Shown one piece after another: positions 36,913 through 47,627 of a stretch of DNA of 64,000 bases (position 1 is the first letter of the stretch; every line of letters begins with the position of its first letter). This DNA is from Bacteroidaceae bacterium (GTDB lineage: Bacteria; Bacteroidota; Bacteroidia; Bacteroidales; Bacteroidaceae), in contig JAGAQY010000006.1 in the NCBI GenBank assembly GCA_017622495.1, forward strand, positions 424-64,423, read 5' to 3'. A program made the translations under genes and the position numbers. Under the pieces are notes generated by a model. It was not told the DNA's origin. It saw only the letters and a list, made by a program, of their open reading frames with translations, and did not search any database.

Positions 36913-38826
36913 TCATTTGATATATGTGCCGCGGAAGTGACCCTTCAGCTCGGGGCCGATGTAGAAGCCTGGCTGAGTGGGCTGGTTGTATGCTACATTC
37001 TGCGTAGCTACACTGATGCGGTATACGGGGTCGTGCATGAAGGTGTGGAAACGGTAGTGGGTAGGGATGGTAGAGATGTATAGCCGCAGTGCTTTGTTGT
37101 CTTGGGTACGCATCAGCACCTCTTCGCGCCAGTCGCCCAGGATATCGGCCTGCAGGCATGGGTTTGACTTGGTGCCGTTGTTTCTCGCACATCCCTCGAA
37201 AGAGGCTATGACTTGGCAACTGTCGGCTTCCCATATGTACTTGCTCACGCGTGTGCCGTCGAGCAGTTCGCGCAGCAGGTCTCCGTCCCACCATACGGCC
37301 ATGTTGGTGGAGAGACCTTTCACCTTAGCGGCAGTGACCTCGCCCTTGAGGTTGCGTATGCCTCCCGATGCCAGGCTCCACATCTCTACCCCCGGATGGC
37401 GTGGGTCTATGTCGGCAGCCATGCAGCGCCCCACATCCTCGTTGCTGGGGTATTGGTGTATGATGCGCCCGGTGCGGGCATCGCGCAAGGTGGAGCCGTC
37501 ACGCCTATTCTCGTGGCAAGCCCATACCTGCAGTGCTGCACTGTCGGGGTAGAAGGCGGTCATGTGGAGTGCATCGCCATGGCCGAGGCCGGTAGAGTAC
37601 AGCCCCTCGCCATTATGGTCTATCGTGCATGACCCGTATACAATCTCGTCGTATCCGTCACCATCGATGTCACCTACACGCAAGTTGTGGTTGCCCTGTC
37701 CCGAATAGTTCTTCCATTGCGGCTGGTATGAGTCGAATACCCACTGCTGGGTGAGTTGCTTGCCGTCCCATTGGAAAGCAGCCAACACCGTACGGGTATA
37801 GTATCCGCGGCACATGATGACCGAGGGGTGTATGCCGTCGAGGTAGGCTACGCAGGCCAGGAACCTGTCAGAACGGTTGGCCTTGCTGTCGCCCCAGTCT
37901 TGTACCTGACCGCGTTGGGGCACGTAGTCTATGGTGTGGAGCGCTTCTCCTGTGAGGCCTGAGAATACAGTAAGATACTCGGGACCGCTGATGATGCGGC
38001 CTTGCATGGGGGGAGTAGGACGCCAACGTCGGCGTGCGGAGTTGGGAGAGGGTGCAGGAGTGCGCATGGTGGTGTCGCCTACAAGGCGGTGGTCGGCAAA
38101 AGCATCACCGATGACGTGTCCTATGCCGTCAATGGTGCCATCGGCAGTGCGCATCACCACTTCGGCTCTGTTGTCGCCGTCAAGGTCATATACCATGAAC
38201 TGTGTATAGTGGGCTCCTGCACGGATGTTGGGGCCGAGATCTATGCGCCAAAGCTTTTCGCCGGTGAGCCGGTAGCAATCGAAGAGAACATTGCCCGTGT
38301 ATCCGTCGTGTGCGTTGTCGCGCGCATTCGAGGGATCCCACTTCAGTATGATTTCATATTCGCCGTCACCGTCTACATCGCCAATGCTTGCATCGCCGGC
38401 TGCATAGGTGTAGGGGCGCCCGTCGGGGGTAACGCCTACTGTAGGGTAGTCGAGAGGAATCTCTATGTAGCCGTGGCTGCTATGGGCTGGTACAGTGTAT
38501 TGCCCATGGGATATGGCGTCAGTGCTTGTCGTTGGGCGCACTTCGTACTGAACATCGGTATCCACGTCGTATGGGTCGATGTAGTATGTCTTGTCTTTCA
38601 CAGGCACCTTGTTAATCTTCTCCCCATTGCGGTAGATGTTGAATGCTACATTCTCGGGGTCGCTTGCCAGGTAACGCCAGGTGACGAACACCTTGTTGTC
38701 TTGACTCTTCACGGCGGCCACTCCACGGCCTAACTTCTCTAAGCGGATGGCGTCAGAATAGCGGGGCTGTGCTGCAAGCAATGTGCAGCAGGTAATGAAT
38801 ATGCCAAGGATAATGTCTCTTTTCAT
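36913..38826 (-). CDS. rhamnogalacturonan lyase (PL11-like, FG-GAP/beta-propeller)
   Basis: Signal peptide ending LAAQ. Repeated Ca-binding DxDGDG motifs (GDVDGDGEYEI, YDLDGDNRAEV, GDIDGDGYDEI) fit the YesW-type propeller pattern. Confidence 0.8.
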   Translation of the reverse strand: MKRDIILGIFITCCTLLAAQPRYSDAIRLEKLGRGVAAVKSQDNKVFVTWRYLASDPENVAFNIYRNGEKINKVPVKDKTYYIDPYDVDTDVQYEVRPTTSTDAISHGQYTVPAHSSHGYIEIPLDYPTVGVTPDGRPYTYAAGDASIGDVDGDGEYEIILKWDPSNARDNAHDGYTGNVLFDCYRLTGEKLWRIDLGPNIRAGAHYTQFMVYDLDGDNRAEVVMRTADGTIDGIGHVIGDAFADHRLVGDTTMRTPAPSPNSARRRWRPTPPMQGRIISGPEYLTVFSGLTGEALHTIDYVPQRGQVQDWGDSKANRSDRFLACVAYLDGIHPSVIMCRGYYTRTVLAAFQWDGKQLTQQWVFDSYQPQWKNYSGQGNHNLRVGDIDGDGYDEIVYGSCTIDHNGEGLYSTGLGHGDALHMTAFYPDSAALQVWACHENRRDGSTLRDARTGRIIHQYPSNEDVGRCMAADIDPRHPGVEMWSLASGGIRNLKGEVTAAKVKGLSTNMAVWWDGDLLRELLDGTRVSKYIWEADSCQVIASFEGCARNNGTKSNPCLQADILGDWREEVLMRTQDNKALRLYISTIPTHYRFHTFMHDPVYRISVATQNVAYNQPTQPGFYIGPELKGHFRGTYIK

Positions 38827-38858
38827 GGGCTTCTATGATATGGGTATTTAGTTTGCTC

Positions 38859-38866
38859 CAAAGATA
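38859..38866 (-). promoter_or_regulatory. -7 promoter box (reverse complement TATCTTTG) for the PL11-rhaM operon
   Basis: The + strand reads CAAAGATA, 33 nt upstream of the ATG at 38826. Confidence 0.5.
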
Positions 38867-38976
38867 GCTTAAAAAACGGAATTATCTGTATCATTGATAA
38901 GAAAAAATGAGTGTTATGGTATCTTTTTTTCTCCGAGCGGGAATGCATAAAAAAACAAAAAAGCATTTAATATGTC

Positions 38977-38984
38977 TATATTTG
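38977..38984 (+). promoter_or_regulatory. -7 promoter box (TATATTTG) for the rhomboid operon
   Basis: Matches TAnnTTTG, 55 nt upstream of the ATG at 39039. Confidence 0.45.
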
Positions 38985-39038
38985 GCGGTTATATAGAAGA
39001 AAATGCGTACTTTTACATGTTTTTTGGAAAATTGAATT

Positions 39039-39764
39039 ATGATGGACAATACACCACCTGTAACCAAGAATCTCATAATCATCAATATACTATGCTTCTT
39101 TGCCGCTATTGTGGCAGAGAAATATGGTGTAGACCTTAATGATGTGTTGGGACTCCATTACTTTGAGTCTGATAAGTTCAGGCTCTATCAACTCTTCACC
39201 TACATGTTCATGCACTCGGGCTTCGAGCATATTTTCTTCAATATGTTTGCCGTATGGATGTTTGGACGCATACTGGAGACTGTATGGGGGTCGCAGCGGT
39301 TTCTCTTCTACTATGTGCTGTGCGGCATGGGCGCCGGACTGGTGCAGGAGGTGACGCAATACATTGAGTTTATACCCTATATGGCCGACATGGCGCAACT
39401 CTCGACCTATGCTCCTGAGGCCGTCATACCCATCAATGGCACCACGCATACGGCTGCACAGTGGCTTACTATGTATGAACGTGTAATCAGCGTGCCCACC
39501 GTGGGAGCTTCGGGTGCAGTATATGCTATTCTGATGGCTTTTGGCATGCTCTTCCCCAACCAGGAGATATTTATCTTCCCATTACCTATGCCCATCAAGG
39601 CCAAGTGGCTCATCATTGGATATTTTGTGATAGAGTTGGGCATGGGCATCATGAGCAATGATGGCATCGCCCACTTCGCTCACCTGGGCGGAATGATATT
39701 CGGCTTCTTACTGATTATGTATTGGCGCAAGAAAGGGACTCAGCATGGCAGGTATTTTAGATGA
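39039..39764 (+). CDS. rhomboid-family intramembrane serine protease
   Basis: FMHSGFEHIFFNM (the HxxxN region) and the catalytic GASGAVYAI. A later His is present in HLGG. Confidence 0.85.
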   Translation: MMDNTPPVTKNLIIINILCFFAAIVAEKYGVDLNDVLGLHYFESDKFRLYQLFTYMFMHSGFEHIFFNMFAVWMFGRILETVWGSQRFLFYYVLCGMGAGLVQEVTQYIEFIPYMADMAQLSTYAPEAVIPINGTTHTAAQWLTMYERVISVPTVGASGAVYAILMAFGMLFPNQEIFIFPLPMPIKAKWLIIGYFVIELGMGIMSNDGIAHFAHLGGMIFGFLLIMYWRKKGTQHGRYFR

Positions 39765-40650
39765 TCTGAAGCGTACTTTCCGGCAAGGGAACATTGTTGT
39801 CCGCCTCATCTACATCAATGTGGCGGCATATATCGTCAGCATGCTGCTGGGAGTGGTGCTTGGGCTGTTCAATATAGGCATCTCAGAGTGGCTGTACAGA
39901 CTTTATCTCCCGGCCGATCTGCTGCAGCTGTTGCGCCGTCCGTGGACATTGGTTACCTATATGTTCATGCATGCCGGTCTCTGGCATTTGCTGGGCAATA
40001 TGCTGTGGCTCTATTGGTTTGGCCGTCTATTTCTCTATTTCTTCTCCGCCAAGCATCTGCGTGGACTTTATGTCGTAGGTGGGTTGTCGGGTGCACTTCT
40101 CTATATACTGGCTTATAATGTCTTTCCCATGTTCGGGCCACAGCTTTATGGAGCCACGCTGGTAGGGGCTTCGGCTTCGGTGTTGGCCATAGCCATTGCC
40201 ACGGCGATACGCGAGCCCGATTATCAAATCAATCTCCTATTTGTCGGCCCGGTGAAACTGAAGTATTTTGCCCTATTCATCGTACTTTTTGATATACTGT
40301 ATGTGAGTTCGAACAATGCAGGCGGACATATCGCTCACTTGGGCGGAGCCTTGGCTGGATGGTGGTTTGCACGAGGAATCGCTAAGGGGTACGACATCAC
40401 TCATTGGGTGAATGTGTGTATGGATGCTCTCGGCAGCCTCTTCCGTAAGCGCGAGCGCAAACCTCGTAGACCCAGGATGAAGGTGCATGTCAACAATGCC
40501 TCGGGACGTAAGGCCGACTACGAATATAATGCCCGCAAGAAGGAACAATCCGATGAGGTGGACCGTATATTGGAAAAACTGAAAAAGTCGGGCTATAGCA
40601 GTCTCACCGATAATGAGAAACGCCGATTATTTGATGCTAGTAAGAACTGA
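39745..40650 (+). CDS. rhomboid-family intramembrane protease paralogue with basic C-terminal tail
   Basis: FMHAGLWHLLGNM, GASASVLAI and AHLGGAL. It overlaps the upstream rhomboid gene by 20 nt. Confidence 0.8.
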   Translation: MAGILDDLKRTFRQGNIVVRLIYINVAAYIVSMLLGVVLGLFNIGISEWLYRLYLPADLLQLLRRPWTLVTYMFMHAGLWHLLGNMLWLYWFGRLFLYFFSAKHLRGLYVVGGLSGALLYILAYNVFPMFGPQLYGATLVGASASVLAIAIATAIREPDYQINLLFVGPVKLKYFALFIVLFDILYVSSNNAGGHIAHLGGALAGWWFARGIAKGYDITHWVNVCMDALGSLFRKRERKPRRPRMKVHVNNASGRKADYEYNARKKEQSDEVDRILEKLKKSGYSSLTDNEKRRLFDASKN

Positions 40651-40683
40651 CCATGGCGTTTTTTGAACGAGTAGGAGCCGAAG

Positions 40684-41775
40684 ATGAAGTGGTTGCGCAA
40701 AATATTGTTATTCCCTTTACTGCTCATTAATGTAGTGATGGCAGTGGCACTCATAGCTTGTGCCTATAGTCAGCTACTCCCTCCTGAGCATATACGGCTG
40801 CTCTCATTGGGCGGCCTCGCCTTCCCCTTTGTGCTGGCAGCTAATGTAGCCTTTCTGCTCGTGTGGCTGGTATTCTACCCTCGCTATATGTTGGCATCGC
40901 TTGTCGCATGCCTGATGTGCATAGCGCAAATCCGCACCTTCTTACCGGTCAATTTCTCCCGTCAGGAACCTCCGGAGGGTAGCATCAAGGTGGTATCGTA
41001 CAACCTGCTTAGCTGGACACTCAATATACCCTCCCCGCTCAAGGAAAACCCCACCGTGCAGTACCTTGACTCTATCGATGCCGATATTGTATGCTTACAG
41101 GAGTTCGCATTTGCCAATCTCAAGGAGAACGGCAGGCACTCCGATATTTTGGCCAAGTATCCCTACCGCTCGTTCGACCTGTCTGGTAGTGGCGAGTGGA
41201 CTTCCCGCTATCTTGGCTGTCTGTCCAAATATCCTATTCTAAGCGTAGAGCAGATAGATCTCTATACTACGGCAAATGGCTGCCAGAAATACCGTATCCT
41301 ACATGAGGAAGACACCATAGTGGTGTATAACTGCCATTTGCAGTCAAACAATCTCAATACCGAGGATAAGAGCAATTACGAACAGATACTGTCTGACCCC
41401 AAGGGAAAGCTCCGGGCACAGGGCACATGGACTATACTGGATAAGCTGACCGATGCAGCCGTGAAACGTGCCGTACATGCGCGCATCCTTATGGACGATA
41501 TGGAGCGTGAGGATGCTCCCTATGTCATCCTATGCGGAGACTTCAATGATTCTCCCATATCGTATACTCATCACCTCTTTTCCAGTCGTCTGACCGATGC
41601 CTTTGTAGCCAGTGGGAATGGTCCCGGCATAAGCTATAACCGGAACAAACTCTACTATCGTATTGACCACATGATGCACTCGCCCTCTTTAGATGCATAC
41701 GCATGTCGTGTAGACCGCACCTTTGGTCGCTCAGACCATTATCCAGTTTCTTGCTATTTAAAAAAGTCAAAATAG
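40684..41775 (+). CDS. membrane-anchored endonuclease/exonuclease/phosphatase family protein
   Basis: Three N-terminal hydrophobic spans. EEP motifs are VVSYNLLSW, VCLQEF, ILCGDFND and RSDHYPV. Confidence 0.75.
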   Translation: MKWLRKILLFPLLLINVVMAVALIACAYSQLLPPEHIRLLSLGGLAFPFVLAANVAFLLVWLVFYPRYMLASLVACLMCIAQIRTFLPVNFSRQEPPEGSIKVVSYNLLSWTLNIPSPLKENPTVQYLDSIDADIVCLQEFAFANLKENGRHSDILAKYPYRSFDLSGSGEWTSRYLGCLSKYPILSVEQIDLYTTANGCQKYRILHEEDTIVVYNCHLQSNNLNTEDKSNYEQILSDPKGKLRAQGTWTILDKLTDAAVKRAVHARILMDDMEREDAPYVILCGDFNDSPISYTHHLFSSRLTDAFVASGNGPGISYNRNKLYYRIDHMMHSPSLDAYACRVDRTFGRSDHYPVSCYLKKSK

Positions 41776-41871
41776 CTTCTATCAAGCCTGTAAAACATCC
41801 TTTTGCCACATAAAATAGGAGCAAAAGAGTAAATATTTGGGCAATAAATCGTCTGTTGAGAAAAAAAGCCC

Positions 41872-41879
41872 TATATTTG
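41872..41879 (+). promoter_or_regulatory. -7 promoter box (TATATTTG) for secDF
   Basis: Matches TAnnTTTG, about 94 nt upstream of the ATG at 41973. Confidence 0.45.
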
Positions 41880-41972
41880 CACTCTTGTTAGAAACTGTTT
41901 TTGATTTTTTGGGTCATTGTGCAGTGTCTTGACAGAGTGAAAAACAAATAACAAAATAAAATAACTAACAAA

Positions 41973-44957
41973 ATGCAAAACAAAGGATTTGTAAAAACGA
42001 TTGCGGTATTGCTCACTGTAGTGTGCGCATTTTACCTTTCCTTCACGTTTGTGACAAGCCATCATGAGAAGAAGGCGAAACAATACGCTGGAGGCGAATC
42101 GGTGTATATCGATTCAATCATGAACAAGAAGGTATACCTCGGTATGTATACCTTCAAGCAAGCTCGTGAGATGGGTATCGGTCTCGGTCTTGACCTTAAG
42201 GGCGGTATGAACGTTATTCTCGAGGTTTCTGTACCCGATGTAGTGAAGGCACTTGCCGACCACAAGACCGATGAGGCATTTACTACTGCCATAGCCAACG
42301 CTACCAAGCAGGCTGCAAGCAGCAACAGCGATTTCATTACCTTATTTATTAAGGAGTATAAAAACCAAAAGCCCGACGGAACACTGGCCGAGCTCTTCGC
42401 TACTCAACAGTTGAAGGACAAGGTAAATACCAAGAGCACTGATGCTGAGGTAGAGACCGTGTTGCGTGCTGAGGTAGAAGCTGCTATCGATAACTCATTC
42501 AACGTGCTCCGTACACGTATCGACCGCTTCGGTGTAGCTCAGCCCAATATTCAGGAACTTGAGGGTAGCATGGGACGCATCATGATTGAGCTCCCTGGTA
42601 TCAAGGAGCCTGAGCGTGTAAGAAAACTCCTCCAGGGATCGGCTAACCTCGAGTTCTGGGAGACCTACACTTCTGCAGAAGTAGCACCGTTCCTCATGGC
42701 TGCCGATGCCAAGTTGCGCGATATCATTGCCTTGGAGAACCCCGAGGCTGCAGAAACTCCTGCCCAGGAGGCTGCTGCTGAGGCAACTGAAGCTGCCGAA
42801 GAGGACGTAGACCTCTCTGCACTTACCGGTGACAATACCGAAAGTGCTGTAGATGCAGCTACTCTTGCAAAGGCCAAGAAGGAAAATCCCTTGCTCTCTA
42901 TCCTCCAGCCCGTGCAGAATCAGGGTTGTGTGGTGGGCTATGCTCACAGCCGTGACTTGAAGCAGATCGACGAGTATCTTGCTCGTGAAGAGGTGAAGGC
43001 ACTCCTCCCCCGCGACCTCAAGCTCATGTGGGGTGTGAAGGCCATTGACACCGATGGCAAAATCTATGAACTCTATGCTATCAAGTCTACGCAACGTAAC
43101 GGACGCGCTCCGCTCGAGGGTGACGTTATCGTATCTGCTACCGACGACTATGACAACAACGGTCGTCCCAGCGTATCAATGACCATGAACTCTGACGGTG
43201 CACGCCGTTGGGCACAACTGACCAAGATGAACGTTGGCAAGCCCATCGCAATTGCACTTGACGGTTATATCTACAGTGCTCCTAACGTAATCAATGAGAT
43301 TACTGGCGGACAGTCACAGATTACCGGTCAGTTCACACAGGAAGATACCAAGGACTTGGCCAACGTGCTCAAGTCAGGTAAGATGCCTGCTCCTGCCAAG
43401 ATTGTGCAGGAAGATATCGTTGGTCCTTCACTCGGTCAGAAGTCAATCCAGCAGGGTATCCTCTCATTTGTAGTGGCTTTCATCGCCTTGATGATTTACA
43501 TGTGTGCCGTTTACGGCCTTATCCCCGGTATGGTGGCCAACTGCGCGCTTATCCTCAATTTCTTCTTCACACTAGGTATCTTGGCTTCGTTCCAGGCCGC
43601 TCTTACCATGTCTGGTATCGCCGGTATGGTGCTTACTCTCGGTATGGCTGTGGATGCCAACGTGCTTATCTACGAACGTACCAAGGAAGAACTTCGTGCG
43701 GGCAAGACTGTGAAGCAAGCACTCGCAGATGGTTACAAGAATGCTTTCTCGGCCATCTTTGACTCTAACATTACCTCTATCATTACTGGTATCATCCTCT
43801 TCAACTTCGGTACAGGTCCTATCCGTGGCTTTGCCACCACATTGATCATCGGTATCGTTTGCTCATTCTTCACCGCTGTGTTCGTGACACGTCTCGTTTA
43901 CGAGTGGCGTCTTGGCAAGGAGAAGTGGACAGACCTCGCTTTCGTAACTCCTCTCTCTGCCAAGTGGATGCGTGCTCCGAAGTTCAACTTCATGGGTGCA
44001 TACAAGACCTCATTCATTGTGTTTGGTGCTGCTATCCTCATCAGCCTCGTGTCACTCGGTATCCGCGGTTTGAGCTCAAGTATCGACTTTACTGGTGGCC
44101 GTAACTTCACCGTTAAGTTTGAGCAGCAAGTTGAGCCCGAGCAGATCCGTGAGGTATTGGCTGAGAAGGTAGGCGAGGATGCTTCAGTATCTGTAATCGC
44201 ACTTGGTAGCGATGGCCAGACCGTACGTATCAGTACCAACTACCGTATCAACGACGATGCACAGGATATCGATGCAGAGATAGAGCAGTTCCTCTTCGAT
44301 GCTTTCATGGATGCCAAGTTGCTCAGTAGCAATCTCACCTACGATGTGTTCATTGACCGCGACAACCACTATGGTGGCTCTATCATCAGTTCACAGAAGG
44401 TGGGTCCGAGCATGGCTTCTGATATCCTCCGTGGTGCAATCTGGTCAGTGGTGCTCGCATGGGCTGCTATCTTCATCTACATCTTGATTCGTTTCCGCAA
44501 CGTAGCATATAGTGTGGGTTCAGTTATCGCCCTTGCAGTTGACGTAGTGCTCATCATGGGTACCTACTCACTGCTCCACGGCTTCCTGCCCTTCTCTATG
44601 GACGTTGACCAGACCTTTATCGGTGCTATCTTGACCGCTATCGGTTACTCAATCAATGACAAGGTGGTTATCTTCGACCGTATCCGTGAGTTCTTCGGAC
44701 TCTATCCTAAGCGCGACAAGAAGCAGCTCTTCAATGACTCGCTCAACACCACACTGGCTCGTACCATCAACACCTCACTGACAACCTTGCTCGTATTGTT
44801 CTTCATCTTCTTCCTCGGTGGTGATAGCATCCGTAGCTTCGCCTTTGCCATGATTCTCGGTGTTATCTATGGTACCTGCTCATCACTCTTCTTCGCCGCT
44901 CCCATGGCATACCTCGTGATGGGTAAGAAGGATAAGAAAGCAGTAGAAAAGAAATAA
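41973..44957 (+). CDS. secDF: protein translocase subunit SecDF (fused)
   Basis: 994 aa with two 6-TM bundles and a large periplasmic domain. Conserved segments include GLDLKGG, GPSLG and the DANVLIYER type. Confidence 0.95.
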   Translation: MQNKGFVKTIAVLLTVVCAFYLSFTFVTSHHEKKAKQYAGGESVYIDSIMNKKVYLGMYTFKQAREMGIGLGLDLKGGMNVILEVSVPDVVKALADHKTDEAFTTAIANATKQAASSNSDFITLFIKEYKNQKPDGTLAELFATQQLKDKVNTKSTDAEVETVLRAEVEAAIDNSFNVLRTRIDRFGVAQPNIQELEGSMGRIMIELPGIKEPERVRKLLQGSANLEFWETYTSAEVAPFLMAADAKLRDIIALENPEAAETPAQEAAAEATEAAEEDVDLSALTGDNTESAVDAATLAKAKKENPLLSILQPVQNQGCVVGYAHSRDLKQIDEYLAREEVKALLPRDLKLMWGVKAIDTDGKIYELYAIKSTQRNGRAPLEGDVIVSATDDYDNNGRPSVSMTMNSDGARRWAQLTKMNVGKPIAIALDGYIYSAPNVINEITGGQSQITGQFTQEDTKDLANVLKSGKMPAPAKIVQEDIVGPSLGQKSIQQGILSFVVAFIALMIYMCAVYGLIPGMVANCALILNFFFTLGILASFQAALTMSGIAGMVLTLGMAVDANVLIYERTKEELRAGKTVKQALADGYKNAFSAIFDSNITSIITGIILFNFGTGPIRGFATTLIIGIVCSFFTAVFVTRLVYEWRLGKEKWTDLAFVTPLSAKWMRAPKFNFMGAYKTSFIVFGAAILISLVSLGIRGLSSSIDFTGGRNFTVKFEQQVEPEQIREVLAEKVGEDASVSVIALGSDGQTVRISTNYRINDDAQDIDAEIEQFLFDAFMDAKLLSSNLTYDVFIDRDNHYGGSIISSQKVGPSMASDILRGAIWSVVLAWAAIFIYILIRFRNVAYSVGSVIALAVDVVLIMGTYSLLHGFLPFSMDVDQTFIGAILTAIGYSINDKVVIFDRIREFFGLYPKRDKKQLFNDSLNTTLARTINTSLTTLLVLFFIFFLGGDSIRSFAFAMILGVIYGTCSSLFFAAPMAYLVMGKKDKKAVEKK

Positions 44958-44993
44958 GAGCTTGATTAGTGGAACAATCAAAACTCTAATTGT

Positions 44994-45032
44994 GAGGGGG
45001 AGATGCCGTGAGGCAATCTCCCTCTCTTTTTT
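44994..45032 (+). terminator. rho-independent terminator after secDF
   Basis: GAGGGGGAGAT / ATCTCCCTCTC stem with one wobble, an 11-nt loop, then TTTTTT. Confidence 0.7.
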
Positions 45033-45213
45033 ATTCAACCAATACTCCATATTGACCCAGTACTGAAAAAAAAGAGCATTATAGGCGGTGTATTACAAAT
45101 AATTTATGTACTTTTACGCCATAAGCCTGACTGCGCTCTCTTGTCAAGAGTGTTGGGTTAGTCCCACTTGCAAAAGGGTAATAATATAGATTAAACTCAA
45201 AAACAAAGCGATA

Positions 45214-46467
45214 ATGAAAATCAATTATTTAGCCGCACTGTTCTGTGCTATGGCATTGGTGACCTCATGCGGGGAAGAGGATGAAAGAGTCATTTCTCAG
45301 GAAGCAATAGTGGATGATGGTGGATATACCATTACACGTACATTTGCCGAGCCGGATGAATCTGTCGATTTGAGTACAATGAGCTCTACCAACAAGCGAC
45401 TACGCGATTTGCTGGACAAGGCCGGATCAGGAATCATACAGTCATTGGGTGCAATAAACATTACAAGCGAACAGTATGATGAGATAGCCGAGTTTACTGT
45501 AGACCTGACTAAAAAGGACACTACACAGATGATGAAGTACAAGACCATCTTCAACTGGATAACAAATAATATCAAGTATGAGTACAACGATAACGATCCC
45601 TATGCTGTGTTCAAGAATCGCAAAGCCATATGTCAAGGTTATTCAAACCTGCTTACCGTGATGTGCTACTCGCAAGGCATACCTGCCATGGTGGTCAACG
45701 GTTTCCTCATAGACCCATATTATGGTGAAATGGGGCATGCGTGGGCCTATACTTGTCCTGACAGTACATGGACGGTAAGTGACCCTACTAACAAGGGCAC
45801 TTTCACGATGAAAAAATATGGCAACTACGGCCATCTCTCACCCGTAACAGCCGATGTGAATATATTCAGTGATGACATAGCCATATATAACTATTCTGAC
45901 CGCCTGCTCAATATAAAAGAAGTACGCACAAATAGTGCTGCTTTTATAGTGCCCTATAGTGTCAATGGATTTGTTGTGAACTCGCTGAATCCAGTGGTTG
46001 AGCTGCCTGAAGATATTGCTGAGATATATGTCGGACAGAACATCATAACCCTGGGTAATGCTGATGATAACAATGTAGGTCTTAGCCGATTTGGGCAAAA
46101 TCTGCAGGCCGTTTACGTTGATGAGAAGAATGAGAGCTTGATGGATCATAAGGGTATCGTATATCAGCGTAATGGAGGTAATCCACTGCTTTATTATATC
46201 CCAGGAGGCATGACATTTGTTGAACTTCTCCCTATGGAAGTAGTGGGAAAGAACACAATATACAGCCATCTTAGCGTTGAGGAAATCTATTTCCCGGAGG
46301 GAACAAAGCGTATCGAGAGTTTTGCTATAGAGAATTGTCCGAAATTGAAGCGTATCTATATCCCCATTGATGCAGAGATAGCAAAGGATGCGCTATACAA
46401 GATGTCTAATCAGGTGGAAATTGTACGCGGTGCACCAAGCGGCATTACCAATATCACTATGGATTAG
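45214..46467 (+). CDS. lipoprotein with transglutaminase-like core and BspA-type leucine-rich repeats
   Basis: Lipoprotein signal LVTSCG. Transglutaminase Cys/His context (AICQGYSNLL ... GHAWAY). C-terminal LRR_5-like repeats (IYFPEGTKRIESFAIENCPKLKRIYIP). Confidence 0.7.
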   Translation: MKINYLAALFCAMALVTSCGEEDERVISQEAIVDDGGYTITRTFAEPDESVDLSTMSSTNKRLRDLLDKAGSGIIQSLGAINITSEQYDEIAEFTVDLTKKDTTQMMKYKTIFNWITNNIKYEYNDNDPYAVFKNRKAICQGYSNLLTVMCYSQGIPAMVVNGFLIDPYYGEMGHAWAYTCPDSTWTVSDPTNKGTFTMKKYGNYGHLSPVTADVNIFSDDIAIYNYSDRLLNIKEVRTNSAAFIVPYSVNGFVVNSLNPVVELPEDIAEIYVGQNIITLGNADDNNVGLSRFGQNLQAVYVDEKNESLMDHKGIVYQRNGGNPLLYYIPGGMTFVELLPMEVVGKNTIYSHLSVEEIYFPEGTKRIESFAIENCPKLKRIYIPIDAEIAKDALYKMSNQVEIVRGAPSGITNITMD

Positions 46468-46497
46468 GCCTGAGATAATCCCAACAGAATATAAGAA

Positions 46498-46530
46498 TAG
46501 GGAATGGATGCTTCCATTCCCTACTTTTTA
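46498..46530. terminator. terminator between convergent genes
   Basis: TAGGGAATGGA / TCCATTCCCTA stem, loop TGCT, then CTTTTTA. Confidence 0.7.
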
Positions 46531-46598
46531 TGGGTCTACCCTTGATTTAATCAGTTTATTCTCTCCTTTGTATGACTTAAATAAGGAGCAGAATGTAG

Positions 46599-47627
46599 TC
46601 AGTTTGCGATTCGCTTTATCAAGCGGTCTATTTTCCAGAGGATGCCTTTACGGCGGTGTTTCCAGAAGTATTTCATGTATAGTCGTTCGGCAATGCCCCT
46701 TATGCTGTTATGGTAGGCCTTGGCTTGTTGCCTCATGCGTTTCACATAGCGGCGTCCCCAGTATACACGATTGTAGCGTAGTGCATTCTCCTGTGGCTGG
46801 TCTATGATATGGCATATAAACTCTGTCAGCTGTTTGAGTTTAGCTTCTATGCTGTCCTCGTCAGGATGCTTCAGTGCTGGTGTAGCCAGCATGCGGTTAT
46901 ATAGCTCTGGATTACTGTCAATATGTTTGACGGTCTCCAGCACTTCGTCCCATGAGGTGTACTTGTTGCAGTTGATGAATGCATCCTCATTGAATGTTTC
47001 AGCTACTGCAGGGTCGCCCCAGTAGATGGGGACAGTCTGTGCAGCAAACGATTGCACCAGCTTTTCGGTACAGTAGCCGGGGTAGCTGCTGTTTTCGAAA
47101 GAGAAGCTGAACTTGTGCCCCTGTTCAAAGGCGAGTTTGTCTGCTACGGGGCCTCCGATATTGTTTCTATAACGTCCACCTGATGAGACGGGCTTATACT
47201 CCGACAACTGTTCGAAAAAGCGCTCACGTACCTCTGAGGCGCGGTCGTTGGAGTAGACGAAACTGCAGAAACCGCTCTTTTCGGGAACTGGTTTTTTGTG
47301 TTTCTCCTGCATCAGCCGAAAGTCTTTCTGGTATCTGTTGAGATAGTATATAGGTAATCTGAAGTATCTGTCGCCAAACTCCATGCGGTCAAACCCTATG
47401 GCATAGTCATAGAGGTTGAAGTCGGCACACTGGTTCTCGCCCGTGTAGAATATCTTCACACAGTCGTAGCGCAGATGCTCATCGCCAAAAACGGAGCAGA
47501 AGAGGTATTCTGGATTGTCAGAGAGTTCCACGTCGTAGTATTCGCTCAGGAGCTGGTAGAAGAGATTGTTCTCGGGCACGAAATCGTCCCAGAAGTCAAC
47601 AAACTTGATGCGGATATGCTTCTTCAT
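46599..47627 (-). CDS. GT10-family alpha-1,3/4-fucosyltransferase
   Basis: IKFVDFWDDF start, YTGEN, and the family motif FSFSFENSSYPGYCTEKL. An ATGA overlap links it to the upstream gene. Confidence 0.8.
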   Translation of the reverse strand: MKKHIRIKFVDFWDDFVPENNLFYQLLSEYYDVELSDNPEYLFCSVFGDEHLRYDCVKIFYTGENQCADFNLYDYAIGFDRMEFGDRYFRLPIYYLNRYQKDFRLMQEKHKKPVPEKSGFCSFVYSNDRASEVRERFFEQLSEYKPVSSGGRYRNNIGGPVADKLAFEQGHKFSFSFENSSYPGYCTEKLVQSFAAQTVPIYWGDPAVAETFNEDAFINCNKYTSWDEVLETVKHIDSNPELYNRMLATPALKHPDEDSIEAKLKQLTEFICHIIDQPQENALRYNRVYWGRRYVKRMRQQAKAYHNSIRGIAERLYMKYFWKHRRKGILWKIDRLIKRIAN

